A DNA stretch of 60,817 nucleotides, filler included, from Dirinaria sp. TL-2023a (lineage: Eukaryota): NCBI GenBank assembly GCA_051941275.1. It is 3 parts of 3 records of this genome, joined end to end, with 100 filler letters (N's around TTAATTAATTAA, not from the genome) between each part and the next. Parts side by side here need not be neighbours in the genome. Positions count along the whole stretch, not along the records: positions 20,367 to 40,597 come from JAVEBF010000296.1; 2 more parts are not named here. One strand, 5' to 3'. Every line of letters begins with the position of its first letter. Position 1 is the first letter of the stretch. Below are positions 24,708 through 37,381 of the stretch, piece after piece. The translations under genes were made by a program, and so were the position numbers. The notes beneath the pieces were generated by a model that saw only the letters and a list, made by a program, of their open reading frames with translations, was not told where the DNA came from and did not search any database.

Positions 24708-27700
24708 AAATGAATCCAGACATTGATGGTTGAGGGATGCCTCAGGAAAAGAAACAAGGGTGTGGGCAGATTCTATTGATCTCGTGCTGGAGGAAGAAGG
24801 TGAAGTTCGTCGACGCCGGTTCCCGTAGGTCTATCATGGGTGCCGGCCAGGACAATTCGAGCATGTTTTGTGGTTCTTCTTTTCTCCTGGGTAACGGCCG
24901 AAGAGGTGTTCATTCGGGCTTTGCTCTTGTGCACTAGCGTGACGTCCATTGTATTGGAGTTTCACCGGGTGGCAACGAAACACTTACGAGGCCAGGCACT
25001 CTTCTCGCATAAAAAGCTGATAATAACCTAAGATACCTTACCTTACCTTGTAACCAAGCCCTAATCCGCTTGTGCTCTCGGCGCTCCCATTTCCCAAAGC
25101 CATTTGCACAAGTCACCTGCGAACCACCAAATGTTTCATGTCAGATAGAATGTCCGCATGTGCCATGCCATATCTTATATTCGGCTACTTTGGAAGATTC
25201 AGGTAAGGGTTCACTTCGTGTGATCTTACCACTCAGATGGGGTACACGAGTTTGCCGCTATCTGAGAGATCATGGAGCCGAGACCAAGCATCAAATAATA
25301 TTTGCAGGCAATTGTTATCGCTCACGTCGTACTCATGATGCGATGTCAATTAGGAAGAAGGGATGGATACTACCTTACTGGCCATTTGCCCGTGCACAGC
25401 GTTGTTACGGATTCAAACCGCGAGACCCGAGGGCAAGTTACTCGTACGACCAACCCACATAGAGTAGACAAACTTGTCAGCTTCACGTACATTGCGAATT
25501 GCTGCCTCTGAGATAGAACAAAGGTGTGCGTTCAGTCCATGCAATCCATCGTGCTCGCTCTCGCTCCCGCTCTATCTCCAAGTGCCGAGTACCGCCACAC
25601 CGCCGCAGCGGTGTAGTATGATTGATACTCGTACGCTAAGGCAGAAACGACGCGGTCCGCAATAGGCTTAATGCGGAGCGCCAATGGTTCATGGTTCTCA
25701 CCTTCCGGCTCGACGACTAAGGTATCGTTCCAAGTAGAGGATGTCCAAATAGACTCGAGACTTGCCAATTTAGCCTCTGCCAATTTAGCCTCCGCAGTCT
25801 GACGGTGTTCAATCCATGGTCGACGGTTAACGGGAGTCTGCCTCGACGCCTCACTTGCGCAATCAGCACAACAGTGACGACAGCGACTGTCTCCAACCCA
25901 GCTCACGGTATTATTCTTGCACAGCCATCACACTATCCAACCGGGCTAGTCTCTGCTCCTGACCCGTGGTTGGATGTAAGGTACGTAGGGTAGGCAGCCA
26001 TTAGGATATGAGATCGGTGCGCAAACTACCCTCCCCCATGCTCCCGGGGGTGGTATGCACATTTATGAATGGGCCACTGCAGTCACCCGCAACAGGGAGC
26101 TACTCCGTACTCTGTTCAGACCAGAGACTCTCCACTGCAACTCGGCGATCGTCACCAATTACCCATGCGGCACAGCCATGTCTTCTTGAAATCCATACAG
26201 CTTAGTTGTATCACGCACTGGAGCTTGTTCCGCACGGACGTAAGGTGCCTTAGCATGCTTAGAAGTATGACGACAATAATAGGTGGGCAAGGCCGCAACG
26301 GTGAAGAAAGAGCTTTCCCTAGGCGCTTCACGGAGATCGGATCGTCGGCCACAGGACGATAACGCAGCATCTGTGATTTTGTTGTGATCTGGGTCAGCAG
26401 CAGCGCATCCATGTAGTCGGTATCATCAACTTTCATTTATTGGGTCACCAATCCATTGGCTGCATCTAGCGAGAAAAGCCATCAGCAGCTAGGACGATAC
26501 TAAAAGCAGAAGGCGACGAGGCGCCGAGCTCTAGGCTCTGGAAGGTTACTCTCGGGGCGCAGCCCGCGTGTGAGAGGTTCGGAAAAAGTCTCGACTCCCC
26601 CTCCGGCTCACGCTGCTGCCTGAGGGTGTATGTGGGAGGTGTAGGTGGGAGGTGTGGTGACTCTGTGGTGACTCTGGTGACTCTGGTGAGCTGCCTGATA
26701 ATTGCAGAGCCTCACTAAATGATAATTTTCCGATAGGCGAACCAACCACGGATTCCCTTTCTCTCGTTAGTCGCTTTACTGGATCCCAAAGAAGGTACGA
26801 GGACTCGTGCAGCGTGATGGATGACGGGCCCAGCAACTGCACTTGGTCTGCCACAACCACCACATCCTCGCTCCATTAATGCATAGCAAGGTTACATCTA
26901 TTAATTGGTGATGGGCTATCCTTCATTCTTCACGAAGCGAACCGAAAACGAATCCTGTGGTTTCCCTGTGACTAACTCCAAAGAGCGCCAATAATCTTGG
27001 GCACCAGGGGAGTCAGCCGCACGACGACTGTCCAACTTGCAGGAACACGATCGTTACCCGCAATCATTGCTATCATGCACGTGTGTTTGTGAAGCATTTT
27101 CGCAGTACGGTGGGGCTGACTCCCTGCAGTGTTCCTTGGAATAATAATAAAAAATGGGATGTTGGAGCTGTACTGCCTCCCGCCGCAGGATTCTCCCCCC
27201 CTCCCGTCCGCCGGTTGACTGCTTGGTACACATACAAACGGGGCGTACATGACTAGCGCCAACCTATGATTACTCCCCTCTTTCCATTCTTGTTCTTGAT
27301 TCTCCATATTCTCAGCGCTTGCTGTACCGATTCATCCTCGTCAATGAAGCGTAAGCCCCCGGCTGGCAAGTTCCGTGTGCTCTTCGAACCCTGTTCCCGG
27401 AGATGGCTCCCACACTTCAGATGCGCATCTATTCATGCTGCTGCAAGCTTAGCACGCCAGACGGAACATTAAGTCTCGATGATCGCGCCGGCTTGATGTT
27501 AGCGTGCACAGCTGGCGGTCGTGGCTTCTCCAAGCAAGGCATTGATCTGCTCTGTATTCACAGGGGCGAAGATGCTAATCAAAGAATCCTTGCGAGCTCC
27601 CTTGTGCGGCTCTTTTTCGTGCCTTCGGTGAGTGGCCGGTCGTGGGTGTGTCTCATGTGTTACGCTTGGTATAAACTGTATCCGTACTGTCTCCTATCTC

Positions 27701-28157
27701 CTGTCTCTGTCTCAATTTCTGCCCTGCGTGAAGCCTTTTGCGGCTTCGCCTCGAAACTACACATCGAAAGCTGAAGGTACGTCACGGACTCAAGGGAAGT
27801 CCTATGCGTGATCACGTGTTTCGTTTTCCAAGTAGTGCAGGTTATATACTTTCTGGCCCGCCTGTCGGTCTGAGAGATCCTCTGTTTCAGTGTTTCCGCG
27901 CTGTTGCCCACAATTGCCTTCTTCCTCCTGTTAGGAGCTTATCTGCTCGGCAATTTACTTTTGAGCTTTGATCTTTGAACCGAGGTCAGGCGCTAACCGA
28001 GCATTGATCATTCATAAGACTTCTCCGTGGCATTTTACGCTCTGAAATCGTAGAGCGGGCCCATTGAGACTACCCCGGAAAACACTGTTGATCGGATACT
28101 ACGGTCTGCTTCTAGGCTTCGGTCTCTTCGCAAATCGCTGCCCTTGGGTTTTGAGAA

Positions 28158-29702
28158 ATGTCCAGCTTGCAACGCTTTCTGCAGAGTGACGAATGTGCTA
28201 CGCCTTTGAGCGCCGACTTCCTCTGGGACTCTATGGCTGCACCGATGTATGGGAAGGTTTTTGGCCCACTCGAAGAGGACCGGTGCCTACAAGTACAGTG
28301 GCGAGAGAAGTACGAGTTCTCGACTCCACGATGGAATTCGCCGAGAGAGGAAAAGATTGCCGTAGACCAAGATTCTATGTCCAGTGGCAGTGTATGGAGC
28401 CCGCAACCGAGCGTGTCGGAGTACGACACTAATCATGCTCCTTCCATGATATCTCCTGCGGACCTGCCTGGCTACGAAGCGCACAGCAATATCCCGCTGT
28501 GTTCCGGCTTCTCGGAGAACACGCACTGTGGTGCGCACAATTCCTTCGGTTACATTGCCCCCTCCGACGTCCAGCAGTGTCCTGATTTGGATGCGGACGC
28601 TGAGGCCGAGACTGAAGATCTGTCAGCGGATCCGGCCCAGTACTACACCCAGCCGGCAGGAGACAGACTGATGAAGACTAATGCAGCACTCTCTCTTGCC
28701 GCCGAGGATTCTGGACTGGGATCTTCGATTCACGGCACTTCCATCCGTTCACTCAGTGCAGACGAAGAGGATGTGGAGATTGAGGACTGGAACAAAGAGG
28801 ACGAAGGCTCCGACTACCATCCCCCAGGAAAGCGAGCCAAGGCCAACAAGCCCCGGCGTACACCTCGCACCACCAGAGCTCGATCTCCCAATGTCTCAAG
28901 GAACTCTTCAAGGAAAGACTCCGGAAGCTTGACTAAGCCTGCGAAAATCCTCAAACAGACTTCAGATCCAAGTGCCTCAACCTCCTCCCCCAACCAGAAA
29001 TCCTGCACCACGTGCTCCCGAACCCTGCCCTCCCTTTCAAGTCTGAACAAGCACATCATGACTGCACACACGCGCCCCTTTTACTGCACTTTTGCGCGTT
29101 ACGGGTGTCGAGCCACTTTCGGCGCTAAGAACGAATGGAAGCGGCATGTGTTCTCGCAGCATCTCCGGCCGGGAGTCTACCGGTGTGACATGGGCAATTG
29201 TGTCCCACAGCCCTGCCACAATCGGAAGAAGTCATGTTCAACCGTACTCGGCAGAGAGGGGGACGTCGACAGCTTCAACGAGTTCAACCGGAAAGACCTA
29301 TTCACGCAGCACATCCGTCGCATGCATGTGCCTGCCTCCGAGGCCGACAAGGGAACATTCAAAGCCAGTCTCGAATCCATTCGCGAGAGATGCTGGATCA
29401 AACTCCACGACACGCCGCCCCGCAGTATCTGTGGCTTCTGCTTGCATGCTGGCCAGCAAGGAGAAGCGAGGAAGGAAGTGGTGTTCGACGGCAAGAGCGC
29501 GTGGGAGGACCGCATGGAGCACATCGGCCGTCACCTGGAGAAGGGTGAGAAAGATGAGGAGGAAGATGTGTCGCTGCGGGACTGGATGATTAGAGAGGAT
29601 CTGCTGCACTGGCAAAGCGGGCTGGAGCAGTACAGGGTGGTTGGGATTGGGGGAAAACGTAATGCGGGTGGAGACGAAGACGCAGACGGCGAGTCAGCGT
29701 AG
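28158..29702 (+). CDS. C2H2 zinc-finger transcription factor (514 aa)
   Basis: Long ORF with CTTC..LNKHIMTAH-TRPFYCTFARYGC..FGAKNEWKRHVFSQH, FNRKDLFTQHIRRMH and CGFC..WEDRMEHIGRH. Confidence 0.9.
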   Translation: MSSLQRFLQSDECATPLSADFLWDSMAAPMYGKVFGPLEEDRCLQVQWREKYEFSTPRWNSPREEKIAVDQDSMSSGSVWSPQPSVSEYDTNHAPSMISPADLPGYEAHSNIPLCSGFSENTHCGAHNSFGYIAPSDVQQCPDLDADAEAETEDLSADPAQYYTQPAGDRLMKTNAALSLAAEDSGLGSSIHGTSIRSLSADEEDVEIEDWNKEDEGSDYHPPGKRAKANKPRRTPRTTRARSPNVSRNSSRKDSGSLTKPAKILKQTSDPSASTSSPNQKSCTTCSRTLPSLSSLNKHIMTAHTRPFYCTFARYGCRATFGAKNEWKRHVFSQHLRPGVYRCDMGNCVPQPCHNRKKSCSTVLGREGDVDSFNEFNRKDLFTQHIRRMHVPASEADKGTFKASLESIRERCWIKLHDTPPRSICGFCLHAGQQGEARKEVVFDGKSAWEDRMEHIGRHLEKGEKDEEEDVSLRDWMIREDLLHWQSGLEQYRVVGIGGKRNAGGDEDADGESA

Positions 29703-30969
29703 GATCTTTCCTGTCACACGCTCTGCACAGCAGATTGTACTGTAGACAGTCCTGTTTACTTTTCATAGATGCACGAGTCACGAGGTTCATGGCGTATGGG
29801 ATACCTGTTCTGCAAGGGATATGAAGGCACTCGCCCAAAACTTCCAACTTGGTAACAAGTTTAAAAAACATAATATTTATCTAGGAAGCTCTCAATACAC
29901 TTTTTCTGGAGCTCGTCTATCTCTCACAAGATAACGGCGCACAGGAGAGAGTGCCACCTACACAAGACCACTTCGCAGGTCCGGTACCGGTAGGGCTGAG
30001 TCATCATGCCAAGGCTTTCGGTGAGGTTCAAGGGGTTGGGCCTTTTGAACTTCCAATGTTGGATTCGGCGACAGATCGTATTTATTCAGAGACACACGCA
30101 CAGATCCAATGCGAGCAGCAAGAGAGGACGTCTCCACCTACGTAGGTAGGTACTTACCGAGTAGGGAGGTAAGGAGGTAATGTATCTGAACACTGAGTTA
30201 TCACACCAACCCTAACCCTCCCCCTAGAGGTGGTGCACAACTGCCGCACGGTTTTCTACTTGAGCCTCCAAGAGTATTGGTCCGACTTCAGCCTGAAGCT
30301 CAAAAGCATTTGACACTGCTCCTCGAATTGGGGGAGCATGGCCAGTGGCAGTACTCGAGGCTTTGAGTCCCAATCGTAAGAACAAAAAATGCAACGACGT
30401 CATTTGTCACTGCCACTTACGTCCACACTCGACTAGCGATAGATACATGTCAATTGGAACTAGGATTGAGAATTTCTTGCGAAAAATCGTTGGATGGTCA
30501 GTCGTCTTCAACTTGAGTATCTCGAGAACAAGAGATTTACATACGATTTAACTCGCGGCTACATTATCCAAAATTTTCAGCTTGTATGGCAGATTGGCAC
30601 TCGTGTGTCCCGTTGACCGCTGCCCATTGTTAAACCGTTCGTGTCTTCATCTTATCAACGCATATAGCAGATTTGCAATATTTCGAGATGAAAATGACGC
30701 GCTTCGGCTCCTGCTTATCAATTCCGGTAGACTTAGACTACTATGACTCAAGGTCACCGCACATGACAGTAGTGCGTCAGGCCTTCTCTCCGTTGTCGGC
30801 GCGGAATCCATGCAGCTCAGTCTGCCCTCTCAAAACCCTCATGCCAGCAAAACCTCCTGATAATGGGTTCTTGGTGAGCTGAAACGGAAGGTTACGCTTT
30901 CTCGTTCTTTCTTCGTGTACGATATTTATCACACTTCCAGAAACTGCTCTCGGCTGCCCCAGCTCGGTG

Positions 30970-32403
30970 ATGAATCTCGAGACCGGACTTCGAGATGGAC
31001 ATCGTTCGGACGAAGTTGCTCAAGTTGGCCTTGCGGTCGCTGCTGTGGAAAATATGCCTGCACCTTTGATGACAGCTCCACCACCTGATGGTGGCCTCCG
31101 AGCGTGGTCTCAAGTGGTTGCTGGTCATCTGATCAATGCATTGACTTGGGGTTTTGCAGCCTCATTTGGTGTTTACCAACTGCACTACACCGAGGATTTG
31201 CACCTAGCGCCGTCTCTAACCTCGTGGATCGGTTCGATCCAGGTGTTCTTGACCTTTGCCATAAGCGCCTTCTCTGGACGATCCGCTGACGCTGGCTATG
31301 CCCGTCACGCTGTCATTGCTGGCACCACGCTCTGTATATTTGGGACCTTCATGACCAGCCTGACAGAGAAGTACTGGCAGATTTTTCTCGCGCAGGGCTT
31401 GTGCACAGGCGTAGGTATGGGCGTAATGTACATGCCTGCCGTTACCGTGGTCGGAACGTATTTTGCTCGAAAGAAGACTATGGCCCTTGCCATGGGAGCT
31501 GCAGGGGGAGGAACGGGCAGTGTGATCTTCCCAGCTGTCGTGCAGTATACGACTCGAAATATTGGTCAGTATAGGGATTCTCATCCTGAGTATCTCCAAG
31601 CAGCGTTTGCCTTGCTGAAGTACGGCTTGTAAGGGTTTCCTTGGGCGGTACGCTTTGTTGGCTTTGTTGCTCTATGCTTTGCCATCGCCATCATTACATT
31701 ACTTCGACCGCGACTTCCTCCTCGCAGATCTGGGCCCCTAATCGAATGGAGTGCCTTTCGCGAGCCCTCCTATTCATTGTTTGCTATTGGAATGTTTATG
31801 ATCTTCTGGGCCCTTTATTTTGGATTCTTCTATGTAAAATCCTCTAAACGTTCCTCCTACTCCCTGAAGAGACGACTCATGGTTGCGTAGATCAGCACTT
31901 TTGCTCGCAATATCATTGGCCTGAATGATGTCGAATCCGTCAACCTACTTCTACTAACCAATGCTATTGGGATCCCTATCCGACCCATCCTAGGCTATGT
32001 CTCCGACCGTTGGTGTGGCCCAATAAATGTTTTTGTGCCCATATCTGCCCTGTTAGGTTTGATGATCTACTGCTGGATGGCAGTAAAAACCCGGGCTGAG
32101 ACATATGCGTTCGCTGCTGTATACGGGATTGTGACGGCGGGCACGCAAGGTATATTTGTCGGCGCGTTGGCGTCGCTGACAAAGGATCTCAGCAAGACCG
32201 GCACAAGATTTGGGATGGTGTGCTCCATTCTGGCATTCGCAACCTTGTCGGGACCTCCGATCGCTGGGGCTTTGATCGAGAACGACGGCGGGAGGTATAG
32301 GACTGCCCAAGTTTGGGGTGGCACAGCGATACTGCTAGGCTCTTTGACCATTGGAGCAGCTAGGATATATGAGACTGGCTTCAGAGTCAGAGTTAGGATG
32401 TGA
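30970..32403 (+). CDS. MFS transporter, monocarboxylate porter (MCT/Mch-like) family
   Basis: PPDGGLRAWSQV, FGVYQ.HY, SWIGSIQ, YWQIFLAQGLC.G.G, YF.RKK..A.G and GPPIAGAL motifs. Introns at ~31565-31633 and ~31834-31890. Confidence 0.92.
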
Positions 32404-32770
32404 CCAGAGTCTCATTCTCAATACTTTGTATTACCCCTGTGATGAATGTTCGGTTGTCCGAAGACTTGCTCTCCAAATGTGGCGACTGAAGCCTCGTACA
32501 CACGACATGAGAAACAGGATGAGGCAGCCGCAATTTTCAAGGTCCCAAATGGACGGATCTCCTGTGTCTCTTGCGTAAATTGTATAAAGAGTCCAATGAC
32601 TCCATCCTCCTCAATTTGTCTCATTTGTTTGTTAAGTGTATGCAGTCCGAGACTATGACACTGTAAATGCGGCATCTGCGAATAAATCTGAACTACACAT
32701 AACTTTCAATCTTAATCTGATTTCACCTTCTTTTATCCTTGATTCTCCGAACTCTTGTATAACTTAGATA

Positions 32771-33780
32771 ATGTCACACGGATCATCAAATTCCAAGGCC
32801 AGTTTCAGGGGAGCTTACTTTATACTCCTGCCTCAAACGCTCATGAAGAAGCAATCGACTATAGATATGTTTCAGCACAAATGGTCTATCGATTCCATGG
32901 AGAAAGCTGTCGGTGAGGCCCAGAGAACTCCCATCTTTAAAGCCATACGATGGAAACGGGCACCTCTTGTCCAAGTTCTTCTCGATCATGGTGCAGACAT
33001 CCATGCCTTGGCCTCAAATCCCTTTTCACCTGGAGACCGTGGGTGGTCTGCACTACATGTCTTCGCTCATAAAGAGCATGATCGTGACCTTGATTTGATG
33101 TTAAGGCTTGTCAGCCTAGGATTTGCCCCGGAGGGGCCAGCCAGTAGCAGAATGCCTATTACGCTAGGTAGACAACAGATCAGAGTCAATTTGGTTTATG
33201 AAATTGATTCGATGACAATTCAGAATGATGGTAGTCAAGATGCTGACGTAGAGTCGCCTTTCACGGTTGCTCTTCGCCACAACGCCTTCAACCTGAAGGA
33301 TGAGCTCCTTTCACTCGGAGCAGACCCCCAATACATTTGCTTGCAAGTCGAGGATGTTTGCTTCAGACTTGGCCATCCTTGGTTATACCATCCCATCAAA
33401 CGCACGCTATTCGCTCACCCGCCTTAAATACCTCTTGGATCTCACCAGCCAACCTGTCAGCTTTATCGTCGAAAGCGCAAAATTTGAGCGCTTCGCACCG
33501 GCGCGCAATGGCTTATTGGAAAGTCAGCAACGGAGCAGGCGAGGAAGTTCCGAAGTCAGAGTTTGATATGGATATGAACGCCGTCATCTTCTGTGTGTTA
33601 CTAAGGAAATGGAGGCAGTCGGCTGAGTTGAACGCGACATGTCTTGTAGGCGAAAACACCGCTTTGCACTTGTCAATACGGGTCTAGAATGTTGCAGCTG
33701 CCAAGCGTCTAATGAGCGCTGGAGCATCGGTCCAGATACGCAATGGTATATCTACGAAGCTTTCCATTGGAGGCGTCCTA
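32771..33780 (+). pseudogene. Ankyrin-repeat gene remnant
   Basis: Ankyrin motifs (RTPIFKAI..LLDHGAD, WSALHVFA, ESPFTVAL..LLSLGADP, NTALHLSI..LMSAGAS) are spread over three frames, with frameshifts near 33330 and 33490 and an in-frame TAG at 33685-33687. Confidence 0.75.
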
Positions 33781-35139
33781 TAGCAATGGATACCCGCATT
33801 GAATAGAGGTCTCCTGGTAGGGTAAGTGAACGAGACCATCTGGGGAGCCGAAAAAACCCTGTAGACATGAGTGGATTTTTGAAGGTGTTCATAATGAGAC
33901 TGCAGTTCGATTAGTCGAGAAGTTGGAGAATCGAAGCGCGAGTTCTAAGAAGATCGAAGCCTTGGAACCCAGCTACATGGGCGGATTCTTCTGCCTCCTA
34001 CGCCAATCTTCCTTTGACCACTACTACCGAATTCCCCTGATAATCGCACGCTGGCGCATTGTGGTGACAGCCACGGCGCTGCCCTCACTGCTAAGCTTCT
34101 GCCGCTGGGCAGTATCGTAGGGCTTGTTCTATGAGTCAAGAGGGTACCATGGAAAATATCACAACCACAAGAGCCTCCTGTGCCAGTAGAAGCGAGTGTG
34201 AAAGGCACGAGACAAGCATCTCGGACCCAAGGCATAGCAGGACAAGGATGGTAGGATGCAGCAATTTATCAACAGAAATTGGCAGGAAATAGTATTCCTC
34301 AGGCCAGGGTCTTCAAATTCGTCAGCTGAGACGTGGCCGACCGCTGGATTCATCACTGCGGTACGGTTACAGCAAGAGCTCGAGAACCTCTGCAAAGACA
34401 CACAGCATCACATTGAAGCGTAAAACATTGTACGGTCTTCATGCACGAACGCGTCTTCGATGCCATGTGACTTGCTCTTCAGATCTTTTCTGGAAAATCA
34501 AAATCATCGCTAATCTCGGTGCTAGGGGTGCTGCAGCATAAAAAATCGAATCGCCTTGGAAAATATGTTCGACTAATTTCAGAGGCTGAAAGAGTCGCTA
34601 TTGCCAGCTGCACGCGGCCCCAATCTTTTGCATCCGTACTTTCGAAAGGAAGCACGATTCTGGATTCGTACATACTTAAAAGGCCCTCTCAAGGCTGATT
34701 GTCCGCCTTGATTGAGCCAGCGTTCATGGCACCCTTGCCCTGTTCCCATCATTTGTCCTGAGAACCGTCAATGCGGCATCGCTAGAGCAGATCATGGCTT
34801 GCGAGATGTAGCTTAAGGTATTCTATTTGAGACACAGAACGATGCATGAACCACTCATTGCCAATGGATTGGCAGGCAGCAGGGGCTCGAGGCGTGTTGA
34901 CAACATTAGCAGCCGCTCAATTCGTTCAGCTAAGGTATCAAGACTTATTGACAGCTCCATCACTTAGGCCGAGTGTATTGGCGATTGAAGGCCCTGAAGC
35001 ACTTCGTCAGTTCGTTATTTAATAGAGTATTATTTAGAAGTGGCTCGTAAATTTGGAGCCTGCCGCGGATTTAAGGCATCGGTAACTCCGGACTTTGGCG
35101 AAAAAAGTGCCTCACGACAGCTCTGTCAGACTTTTATAG

Positions 35140-35658
35140 TAGGGGTATTCAGATTAGGATTTCGAAAAACACTGGAATGCTGGAAGACCTGGAAGACCTG
35201 GAACAGCTGTTTTCTCTGTTTTATCATGAGGACCCTCATCTGACATTACTCCTGATTCAGATGTTTCATTAGATAAAGACGGCTCTTGACTGCAGTAGCG
35301 TTAGATAGAACAATCGTCTCATCAACACGGTCGGGAACTTGTCAGTGTAGTTGAAGATGTCTCGAAGAAATCTCAAATACTACGTCGTTCAGGACGTCTA
35401 TCTCCTCTTTCTTCATGCGATGATCTTCGAGAATATCACGTCGTCGACATCTATGCGATGACTCGCCTTAATCCTAGAGTAGTAGAAGGTGAGGAGGTGA
35501 AAGAGAGTGATAAAATGGCCTAATGCCAAGAAAAAAAGCTGATTTATTTTGCCACTGGAAGACCTGGAATCTTGGCAGTTTTAGTGGATTTTTATGCCAA
35601 GATTCCAGGTGTTCCAGGTCTTCCAGGATTTTCGAAAATCCTAATCTGAATGCCCCTA
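35140..35658. mobile_element. Non-autonomous TIR element (MITE), hAT-like ends
   Basis: Left end TAGGGGTATTCAGATTAGGATTTCGAAAA matches the reverse complement of the right end, TAGGGGCATTCAGATTAGGATTTTCGAAAA. Subterminal CTGGAAGAC-type repeats lie on both sides. No transposase and no clean TSD. Confidence 0.85.
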
Positions 35659-36690
35659 GTCTACATGTACACATCGAAGGAAGATACTGTACACATACGA
35701 TACTGAGTCGAGTGACACTTCGATTCTCCTACTAGGCACATGTTATCCAGACAACAATTCCGACCTTCATCAGGAATTCCACGATGCCGCGCCCTGAGGA
35801 GACACTGTACTACGAAACCCCCCTCCCCCTTCCCTTTTGTCTTTATCCCACATAAGACAAGGTAACCACACCTCAGCCAACAAGCCTATGCTTTGACACT
35901 CCCGATCTCTTCTATTCCAATCTAGAATCCCGCAAATCCATTAACTGTTGGAATTATCGCTCCATGCACCTAACCTATTGAGAATCAGTCAGGTAAGTGG
36001 TCAGATACTACCTTACCTATTGGCGACCCGTTTTTTTGGAGGTCAAAATTATTATAGTTATATAGGGGATCGAGGAGGTCCCAGAAAACGTCATGGCGTT
36101 CAATGACTTCCAACATTAATTTATCTTGTACCCTCTCTATTCAATCCTCCATGACTCATCGCGCCCTCTCTCTTCTTGCCCTCCAATCGTTTGTTCTGAT
36201 CCTCGACTTCGAATGCGGCTTTGATCTCTCCGGAGAGACTTTATCCTCAATCTCCTTCTCAGCTGACAACCCTCCCGTCTGATTCGGAATGAACATCTCC
36301 ATCTTAATAATTTTCATTGCACTGAATCGAGAAGTCTAAAACGCACTTTACCTCTCTGATATCGGTCCAGGAATTGCTTTGCGATTCGAATCAATTGATG
36401 CTGCAATCAGTATCAGTCCAATTCAATAGCTGTACAACGCTAAAAGCAGTGATATCAGCCCCGAAGGGCGCCTTTCGAGATTTTTGGAGGTGTTGTACGC
36501 AGCATTGAGAAAAGACGAGAGAACAGTGTGTCAATTCCATCCGAAGAATTGCGCAGCAGAGAGATATGATCTGGAAGGCGGCGATAAAATCGGGGTTTGA
36601 AGCGAGCGTATTAGAGGATGATGGCGACACCAAGGATGAGAAAGTTTATCTGGTGCTGGAGGTCGGTGATAAGCTGCTTCTAACTAACAG

Positions 36691-37381
36691 CTAGAAGGAC
36701 ACGAATGTCATCTAGAATGATGATGACCCCTACAAAGCCCTGAGCAACCTTGTAAGTGATATCGGAGCTTCCGTTTCTCTTCCTAGTAACGCTGACTCCG
36801 AAATCTTCTACAGGAGCTTCGCGATCACGGCGTTGTGCTTCTGGGTGGCGATGGAGTCTCCATTCTTTCGCTCCCAACCTGACCGTTCTCGCCTATGCAC
36901 AGCTCAGTGGTCCTCAAATCCAGAAGCTCATCGACATTTATGGACGTGGTGGCAACCTCACCGCTCATTTCAAGGGCGTAGATGGCCACGGTGTTACTGA
37001 CGAGGACGCCTTGAATCATCCCAAGGGCAAAGACCTCTTGCCAGTCAATTTCCGTAAGTAGCATCCCAGAAATGGCATGCTCGTCGTTTTGAAACTGGAC
37101 TTCACTACTAAGACTAGAACGCAGCTTCCCACTTCAAGAATGGCGCCCGGCCTCCTACCTCAGCAAATCCTGCAACTCACAATCACATCGCGCGCGTCTA
37201 TGCGCCTGAAAATTGCCCTGATGCATCATGCTACGGCTTGGGGAACTGCACCGAGTAAGTCACCCCTTTTCTCACCATATCGTTACCCAATCAATCCGGT
37301 CAATGCTACCTCCGAAAACTTCCTAGGCATTGCAACCACTGCATTGTTCCCTACCCGGGCTACGCTGGCCATTGCCGCTGA
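36691..37381 (+). pseudogene. Pseudogene of a small, probably secreted protein with a C-terminal 6-Cys domain
   Basis: Three GTAAGT..AG introns reconstruct DDDPYKALSNL/ELRDHGVVLLGGDGV-[frameshift]-HSFAPNLTVLAYAQLSGPQIQKL..FKGVDGHGVTD..LNHP../..CPDASCYGLGNCTEHCNHCIVPYPGYAGHCR*. In-frame TAGs at 36692 and 36713; no signal-peptide exon found. Confidence 0.6.

Noticed and set aside
30205..30220. CCCTAACCCT telomere-like sequence
   Set aside because: Fewer than two full units and internal; expected by chance.
33900..34900. Short minus-strand ORFs as a possible protein-kinase relic
   Set aside because: No HRD/DFG or Gly-loop motif could be recovered; too degraded to call.
35170..35205. CTGGAAGAC repeats as a CRISPR-like array
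   Set aside because: 9-bp units without spacers in eukaryotic DNA; explained as MITE subterminal repeats.
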